A DNA stretch of 64,000 nucleotides from Felis catus (GCF_018350175.1 NC_058368.1:89902001-89966000); one strand, 5' to 3'. Positions 1 to 12,860 are shown, counted from the first letter of the stretch. The notes: generated by a model not told the origin, from the sequence alone. Made by a program: numbers and translations.

Positions 1-555
1 CACCAGTGGTCAAGGATTTCATCGATCATGCACATGAAATGAAGCCTCCATAAAAAAAAAACAGAAGGTGAGGGGTTCAGAGAACATCTAGGTTGGTGAA
101 CCAGACCCTCCATGTGTCACCATGCTGGGCCCAAGCTCCATGGGAATAGAAGCACCTTTGTTGGGGATCGCCCCCTACATATCTCTTCGTCTGGCTGTTG
201 ACCCACCTCCTTTTATCCTTTGTAATAAAACAGTGATCTAGTGGGTAAATGGGTTTCCTGGGTTCTGTGACTGCTCTAGCAAACGGATTGAACCCAAGGA
301 CTGGGTGGTGGGAATCTCTGATTTATGCCAGTCAGTCAGAAGTACAGAATCCCTGGACTTGGGATTGGTATCTGAAGCAGAAAGCAGTCTTATAGGACCA
401 AGCCCTCAACCTGTGGGATCTGATGCTGTCTCCAAGTACATAGTGTCAGAATTGAGTTGAATTGTAGGACATTCAGCTGGTTTTGGACAATAGCTCCGTG
501 GTGGGGAAAACACCCACTCTCCATATATTGGAAATGGAGCTGAATCCTGGTATGT
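1..555 (+). mobile_element. ERV LTR fragment, MER21-like (truncated by window edge)
   Basis: gaagcctccataaaa..gggttcagaga..ggttggtgaac, ctttgtaataaaacag polyA-signal region and ctgtgggatctgatgctgtctcca resemble MER21-type LTRs. Confidence 0.55.
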
Positions 556-642
556 AAGTGTGTATTTTTTTCTAAATGATATCTGTTTTTTTATTTTAAA
601 CTTGCTGAATAAGGGTTTTATGTGTGTCTCTAAAACTTTTAA

Positions 643-840
643 TTTTTGTAATGTTTTATTTATTTTCGAGAGAGAGAGACAGAGTGAGAGCGGAGGAACG
701 ACAGAGAGAGAGAGAGAGAGAATCCGAAGCAGGTTCTAGGCTCTGAGCTGTCAACACAGAGCCTGAATTGGGGCTAAAACCCATGAACCTCGAGATCATG
801 ACCTGAGCTGAAGTCAAACACTGAGCCACTCATATGCCCC
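643..840 (-). mobile_element. Can-SINE
   Basis: tttatttattttcgagagag..gagatcatgacctgagctgaagtc..gcccc. Confidence 0.9.
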
Positions 841-1126
841 TCTGTCCCCATTTCTGAGACCAAGTGTCAGCAGCAACTTATCACTGCATTTCCCCATTTC
901 TCATGGTAGGGTAAGAGAAAGTTAAGAGAATGTTAAGATACAGAAAAATTTTGTTTCCATGTCTTCATTAAAGGCAGGTAAAGGTGAAGAGGGCCAGCAG
1001 TTCAGGCAGAGCACAGTGAATGACTCATGTCTGTGCCATGTGACATCTGCTGGGGCCAGATGTCTGGGACGGCTTCTTCATTCGTCTGCTGGTGCTGCAG
1101 TTAGAATGGCTCTAACTGCCAGGGAC

Positions 1127-1344
1127 TTTTTTTCATTGTTTTCATTTTTAAGTTTATTTATGTTAAGAGAGAGTGAGTGAGTGGGGAAGAGGCAGAGCGA
1201 GAGGGGGAGAGAGAGAATCCCAAGCAGGCTCCATGCTATCAGTGCAGAGCCTGACATGGGGCTGGATCTCATGAATCCCGAGATCGTGACCTGAGCCAGA
1301 ACCGAGAGTTGGGCGCCCAATCAAATGAGCCACCCAGGCGCCCC
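1127..1344 (-). mobile_element. Can-SINE
   Basis: aatcccaagcaggctcc..gagccacccaggcgcccc. Confidence 0.9.
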
Positions 1345-1759
1345 TGCCGGGAAGTTGAGAAGTATGACTGCAGCTAAGCCAGATTGCAGGTTTGTGCTGC
1401 TGTCCACGGAATACACCTTATCGCCTCTCAGGCATGGGCTGGACTGTACAGTTGACTCAACTCGCCCATCAGGTCATGAGTCAGCCCCTTTACTCTGTGT
1501 CCCCAGCCAGAGACAGGGCCCAGCCTGATCAGGGATGCTCTAGGAGGAGGGCAGTTCTAAAGAAGCCATGGGTTAATGAATGCTACATCCAGTTAGGGAG
1601 GTAAAGAGAACTGAAGCCAATGTCAAACCCCACCACAGGTCAGAGCAGAGGATGAGGTCTATGGAGAAAGCCAGAAACAGGCTGAATTCTGACCACCACC
1701 GCTGACGCCCACTTCATGTGCCAGCCATGGGCAGAAGCTTTATATAACTTCCCTCTAAG

Positions 1760-2545
1760 CTGCTGTTTGGTTGCGGGTTGGGGGATGGTGTCTTAAGACC
1801 CACCTCAAGTTTAATGATTCACTAGAATTCAGAACACTCAATGCCAGGTTATATCCATGGCTAAGGTTTATTACAGGAAAGGACACAGAGCAAAAGCAGG
1901 ACAAAGATATGTGTTGAGTGAGGTCCAGAAAGGTCAGGCACAGACTTAAAAGTCCTTCCCTCATAGGGCCACCCAGGATACACTTTTCTCTGCAACAGAG
2001 AACTATAGGGACACATGTGAAATGTTCATCTAGGGAAGTCTACTGAAGTCTCAGGATCTCAGGGTCCTTTTTTTTTTTTAATGTTTATTTATTTTTGAGA
2101 GAGAGCACAAGTGGGGGAGGGGGTGCAGAGAGAGAGGGGGACAGAGGATCTGAAACTGGATATGGGGCTTAAACTCACGAAAAATGAGATCATGACCTGA
2201 GCCGAAGTCAGACACTCACCCAACTGAGCCATTCAAATGCCCCAGGATCTCAGGGTCTTACAGAGAGCTGGTCACATAGGCACATCCTGCTATGGCAACC
2301 AAATCTCAGGATCCCAAGGGTGAAACCGGGTGTATCAGCTGTCTTGATGCGTGCAGGAAACAATTCTGACAGGCCCTGAGAAGCCACCACTTCTCAGCAA
2401 TACCCCATTGATCTGGGCATATGCAAAAAGATTCTGGGGGTCACATTCCCAGGGATTGCCAGGCTTCAGTCTTGGTTCCAGGTTCCCCAGGAAACATACA
2501 AGGATTGGGGAACCAGACCTACTGTGTTAACTCTTTCCTCATAGC
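1760..2545 (-). mobile_element. MER21-like LTR interrupted by a SINE
   Basis: tttaatgattcactagaa..ggctaaggtttattacaggaaaggacacagagcaaaagcag resembles an antisense MER21-family LTR. Confidence 0.45.
2068..2243 (-). mobile_element. Can-SINE with TSD caggatctcagggtc
   Basis: SINE body with a 15-bp direct repeat on both sides. Confidence 0.9.
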
Positions 2546-2718
2546 CTCATAAGGAGCTTGTGCGAGGGCATTCTAACAGGTGAAGAAACCGAGGCTCAGG
2601 GATACAAAGTAACAGGTTGGGGCAGAGACTTGAACCCAGGACTATAGAGGTCTGAAGGCACACACTGACTAAAAGCAAGGACTCCAAGACGTGATGGGCC
2701 AGTGTTCCAGTGTGTTGT

Positions 2719-2927
2719 GTTTTTTTAATGTTTATTTATTTTTGAGAGGGAGACAGAGTGTGAGCAGGAGAGGCACAGAGAGAGAGAGAGGGAGACACAG
2801 GATCTGAAGCAGGTTCCAGGCTCCAAGCTGTCAGCAAGATCCCAACTCTGGGCTTGAACTCATGAATCCAGAGATTATGACCTGAGTTGAAGTCCAACGT
2901 TCAACTTACTAAGCCACCCAGGGGCAC
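2719..2927 (-). mobile_element. Can-SINE
   Basis: ttttaatgtttatttatttttgagag..gccacccaggggcac. Confidence 0.9.
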
Positions 2928-3220
2928 GTCCCAACATCCCCCACTCTCTGCCAGTGTTGGTTGGCTCTGCCACTAAATTCCAGTATTGCCACAAGCAATT
3001 TCACCCATATAAGAAAAATAAAATAATAGTTTCGGAGGACTGTTCCTAGGAATGCGTGAAATAGCACAGCAGAAGGGTGCTTAGCATGGCTCACAGAGTG
3101 CTGTGAATGATGCATAGATATGCACTCTTGGGATCTCTGTGGTGGTGACAAGGTAGAATGGCTCACTTAATTCCAGCCAGAAGTGCAAAAATAGCTCTGG
3201 GGAAACTGGCAAGAGACACA

Positions 3221-3284
3221 CTTTTTAATTTTTAATTTTTTATTAAAATTTTTTTAATGTTTACTTATTTTTGAGAGAGAGAGA

Positions 3285-3326
<42 letters not shown>

Positions 3327-3489
3327 GAGAGCGGGGGAGGGGCAGAGAGAAGGAGACACAGAATCTACAGCAGGCTCCAGGCTCTGAGCTGTGGGCACAG
3401 AGCCTGATGCAGGGCTGGAACTCATGAACCATGAGATCATGACCTGAGCTGATGTCGGACAATTAACCAACTGAGCCACCTGGCTACCC
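3221..3489 (-). mobile_element. Can-SINE with internal (CA)n
   Basis: SINE consensus; (CA)n at ~3285-3321. Confidence 0.9.
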
Positions 3490-3508
3490 AAGATACACTT
3501 ATAAAAAA

Positions 3509-3729
3509 ATTTTTTTTTAAGTTTTTTTTTTTTTTTTTGAGAGACAGAGATAGTATGAGTTGAGGAGGAGCAGAGAGAGAGAGAGAAAGGGAGAGAGAGA
3601 ATCCCAAGCAGGCTCTGAGCTGCCAGCACAGAGCCCAACGCAGGGCCCAAACCCACTAAACCAGGACATCATGACCTGAGCTGAAACCGAGAGTTAGACA
3701 CTTAACCAACTGAGCCACCCAGGTGCCCC
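3509..3729 (-). mobile_element. Can-SINE
   Basis: PolyT, (GA)n, gagccacccaggtgcccc. Confidence 0.9.
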
Positions 3730-6700
3730 AGGAGACAACTGAACCCCTTTTATTCCAAAGGGGGCTATCAAAGCTCAGCCTGGGGGACCCAGGCCTTTGC
3801 CCACCACCTCCCCCCAGGGGAGCCACAGATGGGAAAGTCCTGGAAAGGTGATGGTGGCAGCCTCCTGGAGACAGCCCAGGCTGTGGGTCACATCTCTGGC
3901 ATGCCAGCCTCTGATGGGATCTGTGGGGCAGGGGTTGGAGGTTAAGCTCAGCCTGCATATGTAGCATCTGGGCCTAGAGAAGCCTGGACCCCAGGCAGCA
4001 TGTTCTCATCTGCACAAAAGAGAAGTCAATGCCCAGGGTCTACGGATTGTTCCCAGGCCCAGGCCTGAGCTTCAAAAGCCTCTACTGGCGGCAAGACTCG
4101 GACAAGGTCCTCTGCATCAGGCATGGAACAGGAGCAGCAACGGGGCTGACCATACTGGTTTGGGCCACCATCACGCCTTCAGTGAGGTAGCCAGCCTGGG
4201 GAGAGGTGCAGGGGGTGGTGGCGATTGCATTGACCTGGCTCTCCGTGCCAGATTCCCACCTGGTTTCGCCCCCTGTGAGAGGCCACTAAGATGGAGCCAG
4301 TCTCCGGATCTCAGTAGCCTCTGTTGGGCACAACAGTGTAGTGAAAGGTCACGTGATTCAGAGACAGGCTGTGCCAGCCCACACCCAGACCAGATGTATG
4401 TGATCTGATCCTCACGGATCATCTTAACATTTCCAGCTCGTTGCCGACATTTTAACATCCGAAGATGGGTAGCCGAAAATCTGAATTTGCAGCTCCTCTT
4501 TGAAGATGGGAACGGGCTGTGGTCTGACCACACGTGGTGACCCGCAGCCCCCCCCCCCCCCCACAGCAGCCGGGAAGTAGCCCCGCCTTCCTACCAGGGC
4601 CTCCTCCACCTCTCCCATTGGCCATGGGCCCAGCTACTTGTTCCTCCAGGCAGACAGCCGGGTCTGGGCCTGCCAGCTTCACGGCACAGGCCTCCGGGTG
4701 ACACTGCCTGAAAGTGTGGGGCACACCCCGCCAGACGAGGCGTCCCCGGCATGGGTTCTCAGCTCCGGAACCAGCTCTGCTGTGTCCCAGGTGTTGTCCT
4801 CAGTCCTGCACAGGGAAGGCCCTCTTCCCAGGGAACTGAAGCTTCCCTTCAGTTCAGGCCAGCTGCCGACTGAACAGGATGACTTGGGGGGGGGGCGGTG
4901 GAGGGCGCGGGTGACTGCAGACACCCAGAGTGGGGGCTGCCCTAACTGGTGCTCGACCTCCTCCTTCAGGTACAGGCCAGGACCCCTAGGGTGGTCTGGC
5001 CATGCAGGCCGGCCTTTGTAACTGAGAAGCATCTGCCTGGGGTGGGTAGGTGGGGTGTCCCTGGGAGGGAGGGGGGCCCCATCACAGAAAGCCATTCCTG
5101 CCATCCCCACGTGTTCTCCTTGCTCTAGGGGGCTGGAGGCAAGGAACCAGGACTGCCAGGCTGCTTGGAATCCATGTGGCTCCTGCAGGGGCTCTGGGAG
5201 GCAGAATGCAGGAAACAAGGGGCAGGTGGGTCAAGAGTCCTGTGGTCCCTGCACGTGGCCTTCCTCCCCTGGGCAGCCCTTTCTGGCCTCCCTGCCTTGA
5301 GTCCTTTTCCTTAGCTTTCTTTGGAGAGTTACATCAAGACACAGTTGCAAAGCTTTCTCCTTCCAGAAGCTTTTTTCTGACCCACAGCGGAAGAAATCCC
5401 TCTTTCTGCTGGGTGTCCTCAGGGCCTTGGATGCTGCTCCATTATCCCACTGGCCAGGCACTCTGTATTGTGATGGGAGAGTCACACGACCATGTTCCCC
5501 AGCAGTCCCTGAAAGCTGGGACCGAGGGCCATCTTCTGTGTCCCTGGTACCCAGGCCAAGGCCTGGCATAGAGAGGTGCCTGGTGCTTCCATGGTTCATG
5601 GGGCAGGGCCAGCGTGTCCTCTCCAAGCGGCCCATGTGCCTATGGCCCTTGCGCAAGCCATAGGCCCACCCCAGAAGTGCGTGCCCCATGGCGTCAGGGC
5701 CTGTGCGCAGCAGGCCCTGGGGACGGGAGGAGTCTGCATGACTTCAGAGGGGTGTGTTCGGGACGAGTGTGAAGTCATGCTTGTTTATGAGGCTCTGACA
5801 CGGCGCCCGTCATTTCCTCTCTGCTGGGCCACACAGCACTTTCCCTACTCAGCCAGCCTCTGACTTATTCTCTGGCATCACACACTGTCACTCCTGCAGC
5901 AGCCCATTTCAGCAGGGATGACAGGGTCACAGCTATTTGTCTGCAGTTTGGATAATGAGCATCAGGGAAGCACTTTGACCTGGAGGTGACAGACCTTTCC
6001 GGCAGCTGTCTACCCGGGGTTGGCACAGGGCATGGGCTGTGAGGTGCCCCAGGGGCAGCTTGGCATCTCTGTGAGCAGCACGGAGCAGGCAGAGCTGGGG
6101 CCCCAGCTGGAAGCTCCTGGAAGGGAATGACAACAGGGACACAGAAGGGGATGGCCAGCTCTGTGCCTTATCCTGCCTTTCTGCCTCTGGATCTCCCAGA
6201 AAAGAACATGCAAGGCCCAGATATAGGGTCCCAAGTAAGGGGGGCTAGGGAGCAGTCCTAAGGGCCTCAGAAACAAGGAGGGAGAGAGGGCCCCACATGG
6301 GCCAGCACCAGGGAGGAGGGGGAGCAAACCAACCCTGGAGTTTCTGTTGCGAATAGGAGGGACCCTCAATTTCACTCCATCCCCCAAATACTGGTCCCTG
6401 AGGCAAAATGCCCTCAGGGACCAGATACTGAAGACACACACAGACTTAACCGACTAGAGAGTGCCTGCCCTACCCAAAGGCATTCACATTCATAAAGGTT
6501 AAAACACAAGTTTGACCTGATGTATGCCAAACGTGCCTTTGGCTACTGGTATATGGGTGAGTGCATGAGGGGAGGAGAGTTTTTTGAGGCCTGTGAGGAC
6601 GTGGCTGCCCTTGAGAAGGACTATGAGGAGACTGGAGTGGATGGTGCTGAGGGAGAGGATGAGGGTGAAGAGTAATAGCCTGTCTGCTACAATCTGACAC

Positions 6701-6779
6701 TCTGCTCTCTTATAACCATATCGTTTCTGCTCTGGAAGGTGACCATTATGGTCCTAAACTGCCAATAAAGTGACCTTTC

Positions 6780-6986
6780 TTTCTTTCTTTCTTCTTTCTT
6801 TCTTCCTTTTTCTCTTATAAATATTTATTTAATTTTGAGAGAGCGCAAGGGGGGAAGGACAGAGGATCTGAAATGGGCTCTGCATTGACAGCAGACAGCT
6901 GGATATGGGGCTCAAACTTACGAACCATGAGATCATGACCTGAGCTGAAGTGGGAGGCCCAACTGACTGAGTCACCCAGGTGCCTC
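6780..6986 (-). mobile_element. Can-SINE (head-to-head with next)
   Basis: SINE consensus; TSD aaagtgaNNtttct. Confidence 0.88.
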
Positions 6987-7002
6987 TAAAAGTGATCTTT
7001 CT

Positions 7003-7213
7003 TGGGGCACCTGGGTGGCTCAGTTGGTTGGGCCTCCCACTTTGGCTCAGGTCATGATCTCACAGTTCAGCTGTTCAAGCCCCTTATCAGGGTCTGTGCT
7101 GACAGCTCAGAGCCTGGAGCCTGCTCCGGATTCTGTGTCTCCCTCCCTCTCTCTGCCACTTCCCCAGCTCTCGCTCTGTCTCTCTCTCTCAAAAATAAAT
7201 AAACATTAAAAAA
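7003..7213 (+). mobile_element. Can-SINE
   Basis: ggggcacctgggtggctcag..ctctcaaaaataaataaacattaaaaaaa. Confidence 0.92.
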
Positions 7214-7265
7214 AGTGATGTTTCTATTTAAAACAAAACACTTTTGCTGGCCAAAATGGAAGCTT

Positions 7266-7302
<37 letters not shown>

Positions 7303-7524
7303 CATATGCACACACGTACACACACTCTGTCCCATTTGGCACAGTTGCTTTGTGGTAACTGACAAGAAGCCTGACAGGTCCTCACAACTTGCGAGCAAAT
7401 TCTTTTGTCTGCAAGGGCCAGACACTATGTCAAGCCATGCTGACAAACAAGGAATTTATTATAAAGATAGCATGGGTGGGCAGTGGGGGCAGGGTCTAGC
7501 TATTCTCTGTCTCCTGTTTTCTCA

Positions 7525-9215
7525 TTTTTTCCTTATAGAGGTAGAGTTTACATACAGTAAAATGCATAAATCTTAAGTACACAGATGGTGAGTTTTTATC
7601 TGTGCCTACACCCGCATAACCTCCACCCAGATCAATATAAAGAATATTTCCATCACCCTAAAAAGTCCCCTTGTACCCCATCCCAGTCAGTTAAATGCAC
7701 AGCTCCCCAAAGACAGCCACTGTTCTGACTTCTATCACTATGCATTAATTTCAGCTGTCCTGGAACTTCATATAAATTGAATCACACTATGCAAACATTC
7801 CTATACAAGTCTGTGTGAACTTATGGTTTGGTTTCTCTTGGGTAAGTGCCTGGCAGTAAGACTGCTGGATCACAGGGTAGTAGGATGTTCAACTTTATCA
7901 GAAACTTTCAAGCGGCTCAAAAGCAGTGGGGCCATTTTGCACTCCTACCAGAGATGCTCATGAATTCCACTCGCCCCTTTCTCTCTGTCAACACTTAGTA
8001 TTGTCAGTTTTCCAAATTTTGCCAACACAGGGGGTCGGTGCTAGTATTTCATTGTGATTTTAGTTTGTGTTTTTCTGATGACTAGTTGAGCTAAGCACCT
8101 TTTCCTATGCTTATTGGTCACTTGGATATCCTCTTTTATGACGTGCCTTTTGATTTTTTAGTGTTTTTTTTTTTGGTGTGTTTTATCATTTTCCTTTTTG
8201 ATGAGTAGTATTTCTTTATATGTTCTAGATATTCTGTATCTTTCTTTGCCAGATATTTGTAGTATGAATATTTTCTCCCAGTCTGTAGCTTGCCTTTTTG
8301 TTTTCTTGATGGGTTTTGGGGGTAAGCAAAAGTTTTCAATTTTATTGAAATCAAATTGATCTTTTTTTTCTCATATTATTAGTGCTTTTACATCCAGTTT
8401 TTTAAAAGCTTTGTGTACATGAGATCATGAAGATGTTTTCCTGTTTTCTTCTGGAAACCTTACCGTTTTATGACATTTAGGTCTAGAATTCATTTCAAGA
8501 TAATTTTTCTGTATGGTGTAAGGCAAGGGATCAAGGTTCCCTGTTTCATATGGATCTTCAGTTGCTTCAGCTCCATTTATTGAAAAGATCTTCCTTTCTC
8601 CACTGAATTGCACTGGAGACTTTCTGGAAAATTATGTGAACATATGTGTGTGAATCTATTTTTATTTATTTATTTATTTATTTATTTTGAGAGACAGAAA
8701 CAGTGTGACTGGGGGAGGGTCAAAGAGGGAGAGAGAGAGAGAGCTGACAGAACAGATTCGGGGCTTAAACTCACAAAACCTCAAGATCATGACCTGAGTC
8801 AAAACCAAGAGTCAACCACTTACCCAGCTGAACCACCCAGGCGCCCCTGTGTGAATCTATTTCTGGACTCCGTATTTCCACTGATCTGTGTGTCTGTCCC
8901 TATTGTGGCTTTATATGTATAATATAATTTCACCCGGTGAAATCCTCCATCCAGGTTTCTCTTGGCTTTTTATGTTTCCATACACATTTGAGAATCAGCT
9001 TGTGGATCTCAACAAAAAGAGCTTGCTGGAATTTTTATGTGAATAGCTTGGGCTTATAGATCAATTTAATGAGAATTGACATTTTAACCACACTGAGAGT
9101 TGTCAATCCATCAATATGGTATATCTCCCCATTATTTAGTTTTTTATTAATTTCCTTCAGTGATGGTTTGTAGTTTGTAGTATAGAAATCATGTACATCT
9201 CTCATTAAAATTAAA
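7525..9215 (-). mobile_element. Old L1 (L1M-type) 3' UTR and ORF2 3' remnant, SINE inserted at 8659
   Basis: Decayed ORF2-like peptides on the minus strand (IKLKTF..., IFSINGAE..., LPYTIQKN); antisense L1 3' end tttacatacagtaaaatgcataaatcttaagtacacag. Confidence 0.8.
8659..8847 (-). mobile_element. Can-SINE inside L1, TSD tgtgtgaatctattt
   Basis: Direct repeat on both flanks. Confidence 0.9.
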
Positions 9216-9527
9216 ATGTTTGATTCTATTGTATGTAAGATTTTTATACCACTTCAGTCTCTTTGTAATGGCAGGTGTCACAGCTTCCTCTCTCTCCCAA
9301 CTATGGTGTACATGTTTTCAATGCAACTTTTGAAAGGAGCCAGTCTGATTGGCCCATTCAAAACCACAAGCTTCCTAAGTGTAATCTCCTTTGAATCTGA
9401 GGACCAACCTGATCCCATTACCAAGCACAGCATGCTCCTCCCCTGAACAGAAGACTTCAGATGCAATGTTTTTTCATGGAAGGAAGGATGGTGTGTGGCA
9501 GCTTCTATTATTGACATGCCACAATTC

Positions 9528-9996
9528 TGTAGGGGGTTGGTGCTGCCCACCTGCCACCTCCAAAAGATAAGCCCTCCTGGAACTTCAGAATGTGGCCTTA
9601 ATTGAAATAAGAGCCTTTGCATATGTAATTAAGATAAAACTCTTGAGATGACATCATCTTGGATTAGGGTGGACCCTAAATCCAATGGCAAGCATCCTTA
9701 CAAAAGACAGAAAAAGAGAAGAGACCCAGAGAGACACAAAGGGGAGAAAGCCATGGGAAGATGGAGGCAGAGAGTGGAGTGATGCACCTATAGGCCAAAC
9801 AACACCAAGGATTGCCCACAGCTACCAGAAACTGGAAGAGGCGTGAGATGGATTCTCCCTCCCAGTCACCGAAAGGACCTATGCTGATACCTCAATTTCA
9901 GACTCCTGGCTTCCAGAACCATGAGAGAATAAATCTGTTCTTGTAAGTCATCCAGGTTGCAGTAGTTTGTTACCACAGCCCTAGGAAACCAGCACA
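9528..9996 (+). mobile_element. MaLR LTR (MLT1C/D-like) solo LTR
   Basis: TG...CA ends; gaatgtggccttaattgaaataagagcctttgca..ggattagggtggaccctaaatccaatg..gagaataaatc..gtttgttaccacagccctaggaaacc. Confidence 0.8.
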
Positions 9997-10924
9997 GACA
10001 GAGAAATTTAATAGGCAACCCTAAACTGATGGATGGTTATAGCTAGAATACCTGGTTGATTGAAACACCAGAGGATGCAGGCAGAAGCACCTTGCCGTCA
10101 CTCCACACCTTTCCCTCCATCTTGCGGAATTGTCCTCAAACTTCAATGGGGCCAGCCTCATGCTGAAAGATTCCTGTAGTGGAAATGGGGGGGGTGGGGG
10201 GGGTGGGGTGCTTGGCCAGTTCCTTTGCTGTCCTGTGCCGTGTTCTTCCAGCCCCTACAGGGTTGGGGAGAGAAGGAGAGGTACTGTTTTAACTTGGTGT
10301 TGATTTCTTCTAGATGTGGCGTATATCCAGATGCTAATTCTTTCCCTGGTTGAGTGCTTCTGGGATTCCCTCAGCCACCACTGACAGGAACCTCTGACTG
10401 GCAGTTTCCTTACACTGGCAGTGCTTCCTTCGTCCTCTGTGAAGGACCCTTCCTCTGCTCCTGATCTGGAAGTTCACTCTGCAGACACCATCTTGGGTCT
10501 TGGCCACTCAAAGCCAGCCGGCTTCCAGAGATCCAGTGGCCATGGGAAGCTTACTCATCTTGCTGTGCCAGACTCTAAATACAAGCCATTCCCAACATGT
10601 TGTTTTAGTTAAAGGGATTTTAAAATGAGATTTAACATCTGGTAGGTCAATTCCCCCTAACCATTTTTATTTTAATAATTTCCTTGTATACTTAGTCTTC
10701 ACTATAATCTTTTAAATCCTTTGTCTGGCTCCCTATCTATTGTCCTATCTCTGTCCCCCCATTCCTCCAAAGCCAAAATATATTAAACTTATATTCTAAC
10801 TAGGCAGAGGTTACATTTTTATGGTATTACATTTTCCCATTCAAGAATTTAAATTCTCTCTGTTAAACATTTGACACCTTCTATTCAATTTCATAGGATT
10901 TCTCATACAGGTTCTGTATATTTC

Positions 10925-11140
10925 TTTTTTATTTTTTTTAATGTTTATTTATTTTTGAGACAGAGAGAGACAGAGCACGAATGGGGGAGGGTCAGAGAGA
11001 GGGAGACACAGAATCTGAAGCAGGCTCCAGGCTCCGAGCTGTCAGCACAGAGCCCAACGCGGGGCTCGAACTCACGGAGTGTGAGATCATGACCTGAGCT
11101 GAAGTTGGATGCCTAACTGACTGAGCCACCCAGGTGCCCC
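10925..11140 (-). mobile_element. Can-SINE
   Basis: Near-consensus SINEC_Fc-like body. Confidence 0.92.
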
Positions 11141-11167
11141 TGTATGTTTCTTTTAAAAATCATTTCT

Positions 11168-11372
11168 GGGGCACCTGGATGGCTCAGTCGGTTGAGCATC
11201 CGACTTCGGATCAGGTCATGATCTCGCAGTCTGTGGGTTCCAGCCCCACATTGGGCTCCATGCTGACAGCTCGGAGCCTGGAGCCTGCTTCAGATTCTGT
11301 GTCTCCCTCTCTCTCTGGCCCTCCCCTGCTCATCTCTGTCTCTCTGTCTCTCAAAAAATAAATATTGAAAAA
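11168..11372 (+). mobile_element. Can-SINE (head-to-head with previous)
   Basis: ggggcacctggatggctcagtcggttgagcatccgacttcgg. Confidence 0.92.
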
Positions 11373-11837
11373 TAATTTTAATCATTTTTAATATTTTATA
11401 GTTATTGTGAATGCATTCTTCTTGTTTTCCTTTCTAGCTATTTTAGAGAAAAACAGATATTTCTTATATATCAAATTTTCAGCTGCGTAAATTCTCTTAT
11501 CGATCCTGGTAGCCTATTTCCAAAACTGTGTTGGCTTTTCGGTATAACAGTAATTTTATTTGCAAACAAAGATAATTCTGTCTTTTTTTCCCCAATGTAA
11601 CCAATTAACCAATTATTTTCTTGCACTATTTCTTCACCAAGAGCCTCTAAAATAGTCTTCGGTTTAATGGTGATGGCAGACATGTACTTTTGCTGGTGAT
11701 TTTAATGAAAAATGGTTTCAGCCTATCAGTAATTAGTATGATATTTACCTTTGATTTTGATAAATATTTGTCTTAGTTAACACTTTTTTCTTCTATTCTT
11801 ATTTTATTTGGCATATTTATTAGGAATGATTGCTAAT

Positions 11838-11959
11838 GGGCAGCTGAATGGCTCAATCAGTTAAGCACCTGACTCTTGATTTCAGCTCAGGTCGTGATCT
11901 CATGGTCCAGAAATCGAGCCCTGGGTTGGGCTCCAGGCTCAACATGGAACCTGCTTAAG

Positions 11960-12001
<42 letters not shown>

Positions 12002-12086
12002 ACTCTCTCTCTCTGCTTCTCTCCCAGATGTGTGTGCACTTGCACACACACTCTCTCTCAAAAATAAAAAATAAAAAATAAAAAAT
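11838..12086 (+). mobile_element. Can-SINE, TSD gaatgaYtgctaa
   Basis: SINE head, (CT)n and A-rich tail. Confidence 0.88.
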
Positions 12087-12227
12087 AGTAATTAAAAAAA
12101 AGAATGACTGCTAAATTGTATTAAATGCCTTGTTAATAGAGCCACATGATTTTTCACCTTTATGTAAATGTTCTCTGACTCTGACCCTGAATAACTTTTC
12201 ATGTAGAATAAGCCTTATTTGATCACA

Positions 12228-12302
12228 CAATATAGATAGATTATAGATACAGATATAGATATAGATATAGATATAGATGATATAGATAGATATAGATAGA
12301 TA
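12228..12302. repeat. (ATAGAT)n/(GATA)n microsatellite
   Basis: atatagatatagatatagat... seen directly. Confidence 0.9.
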
Positions 12303-12494
12303 CTGGTTTCAATTTTCTATCAACTTGCCATAAACTAATTATAATCATAAAAATAAAGTAGAAAGAAAATAGAAGTATAAATTAAATTCTCTTTATATAC
12401 CATTGCCTTTGGGAGGCTATACAGCATAGTGGTTAGAGCACAGACCCAGGAGCCAGCCTTGCTGAATTTAAATACCAGCTCCACTACCTACTGT

Positions 12495-12860
12495 GCCCAG
12501 ATGAGAAGCTACATTTCCCCGCCTCCCTTGCCGATGGAGAATGGCCAGTGAGTTGTAGATAGAAGTCTATGTGGGTCTTTGGAGAAAGCCTGCCCTTTCA
12601 TACTTCTGTTGCTTACCTTTCCTCCCCATTCCTTCTATCTAGAAACTGGATATAATGGCTGGAGGCCCAACAGCCATCTTGTGACCTTGGGGATGAATGC
12701 TACATGTTGAGAATGCTGGAGCAGGAAGATGGAAGGAACCTGGTCCTGGTGACACCATGGAGCCACCACTCCAACCATAGCCTGCATAGGCCCAGACTAC
12801 TCTTACATGAGACCGAAATGTATTTCTGCCTTGTTTAAGCCACTGTCCTTTCCGTTCCCA
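12495..12860 (+). mobile_element. Old MaLR LTR (MLT1H-J-like)
   Basis: ctacatttccccgcctcccttgc..aatggctggaggcccaacagccatcttgtgacc..gcaggaagatggaaggaacctgg..ttgtttaagccactg. Confidence 0.55.

Noticed and set aside
3261..3656. Recurrent peptides such as AQVMIS..SGSVLTAQSLEPASDSVSPSL across many ORFs
   Set aside because: Translations of Can-SINE copies, not a protein family.
7003..7080. tRNA-like A/B-box sequences
   Set aside because: Heads of tRNA-derived SINEs, not tRNA genes.
10186..10210. G-runs / G-quadruplex candidates (also 4548, 15898, 37815, 51749, 55941)
   Set aside because: Homopolymer G/C tracts are scattered through the window with no positional pattern, and their lengths are error-prone.
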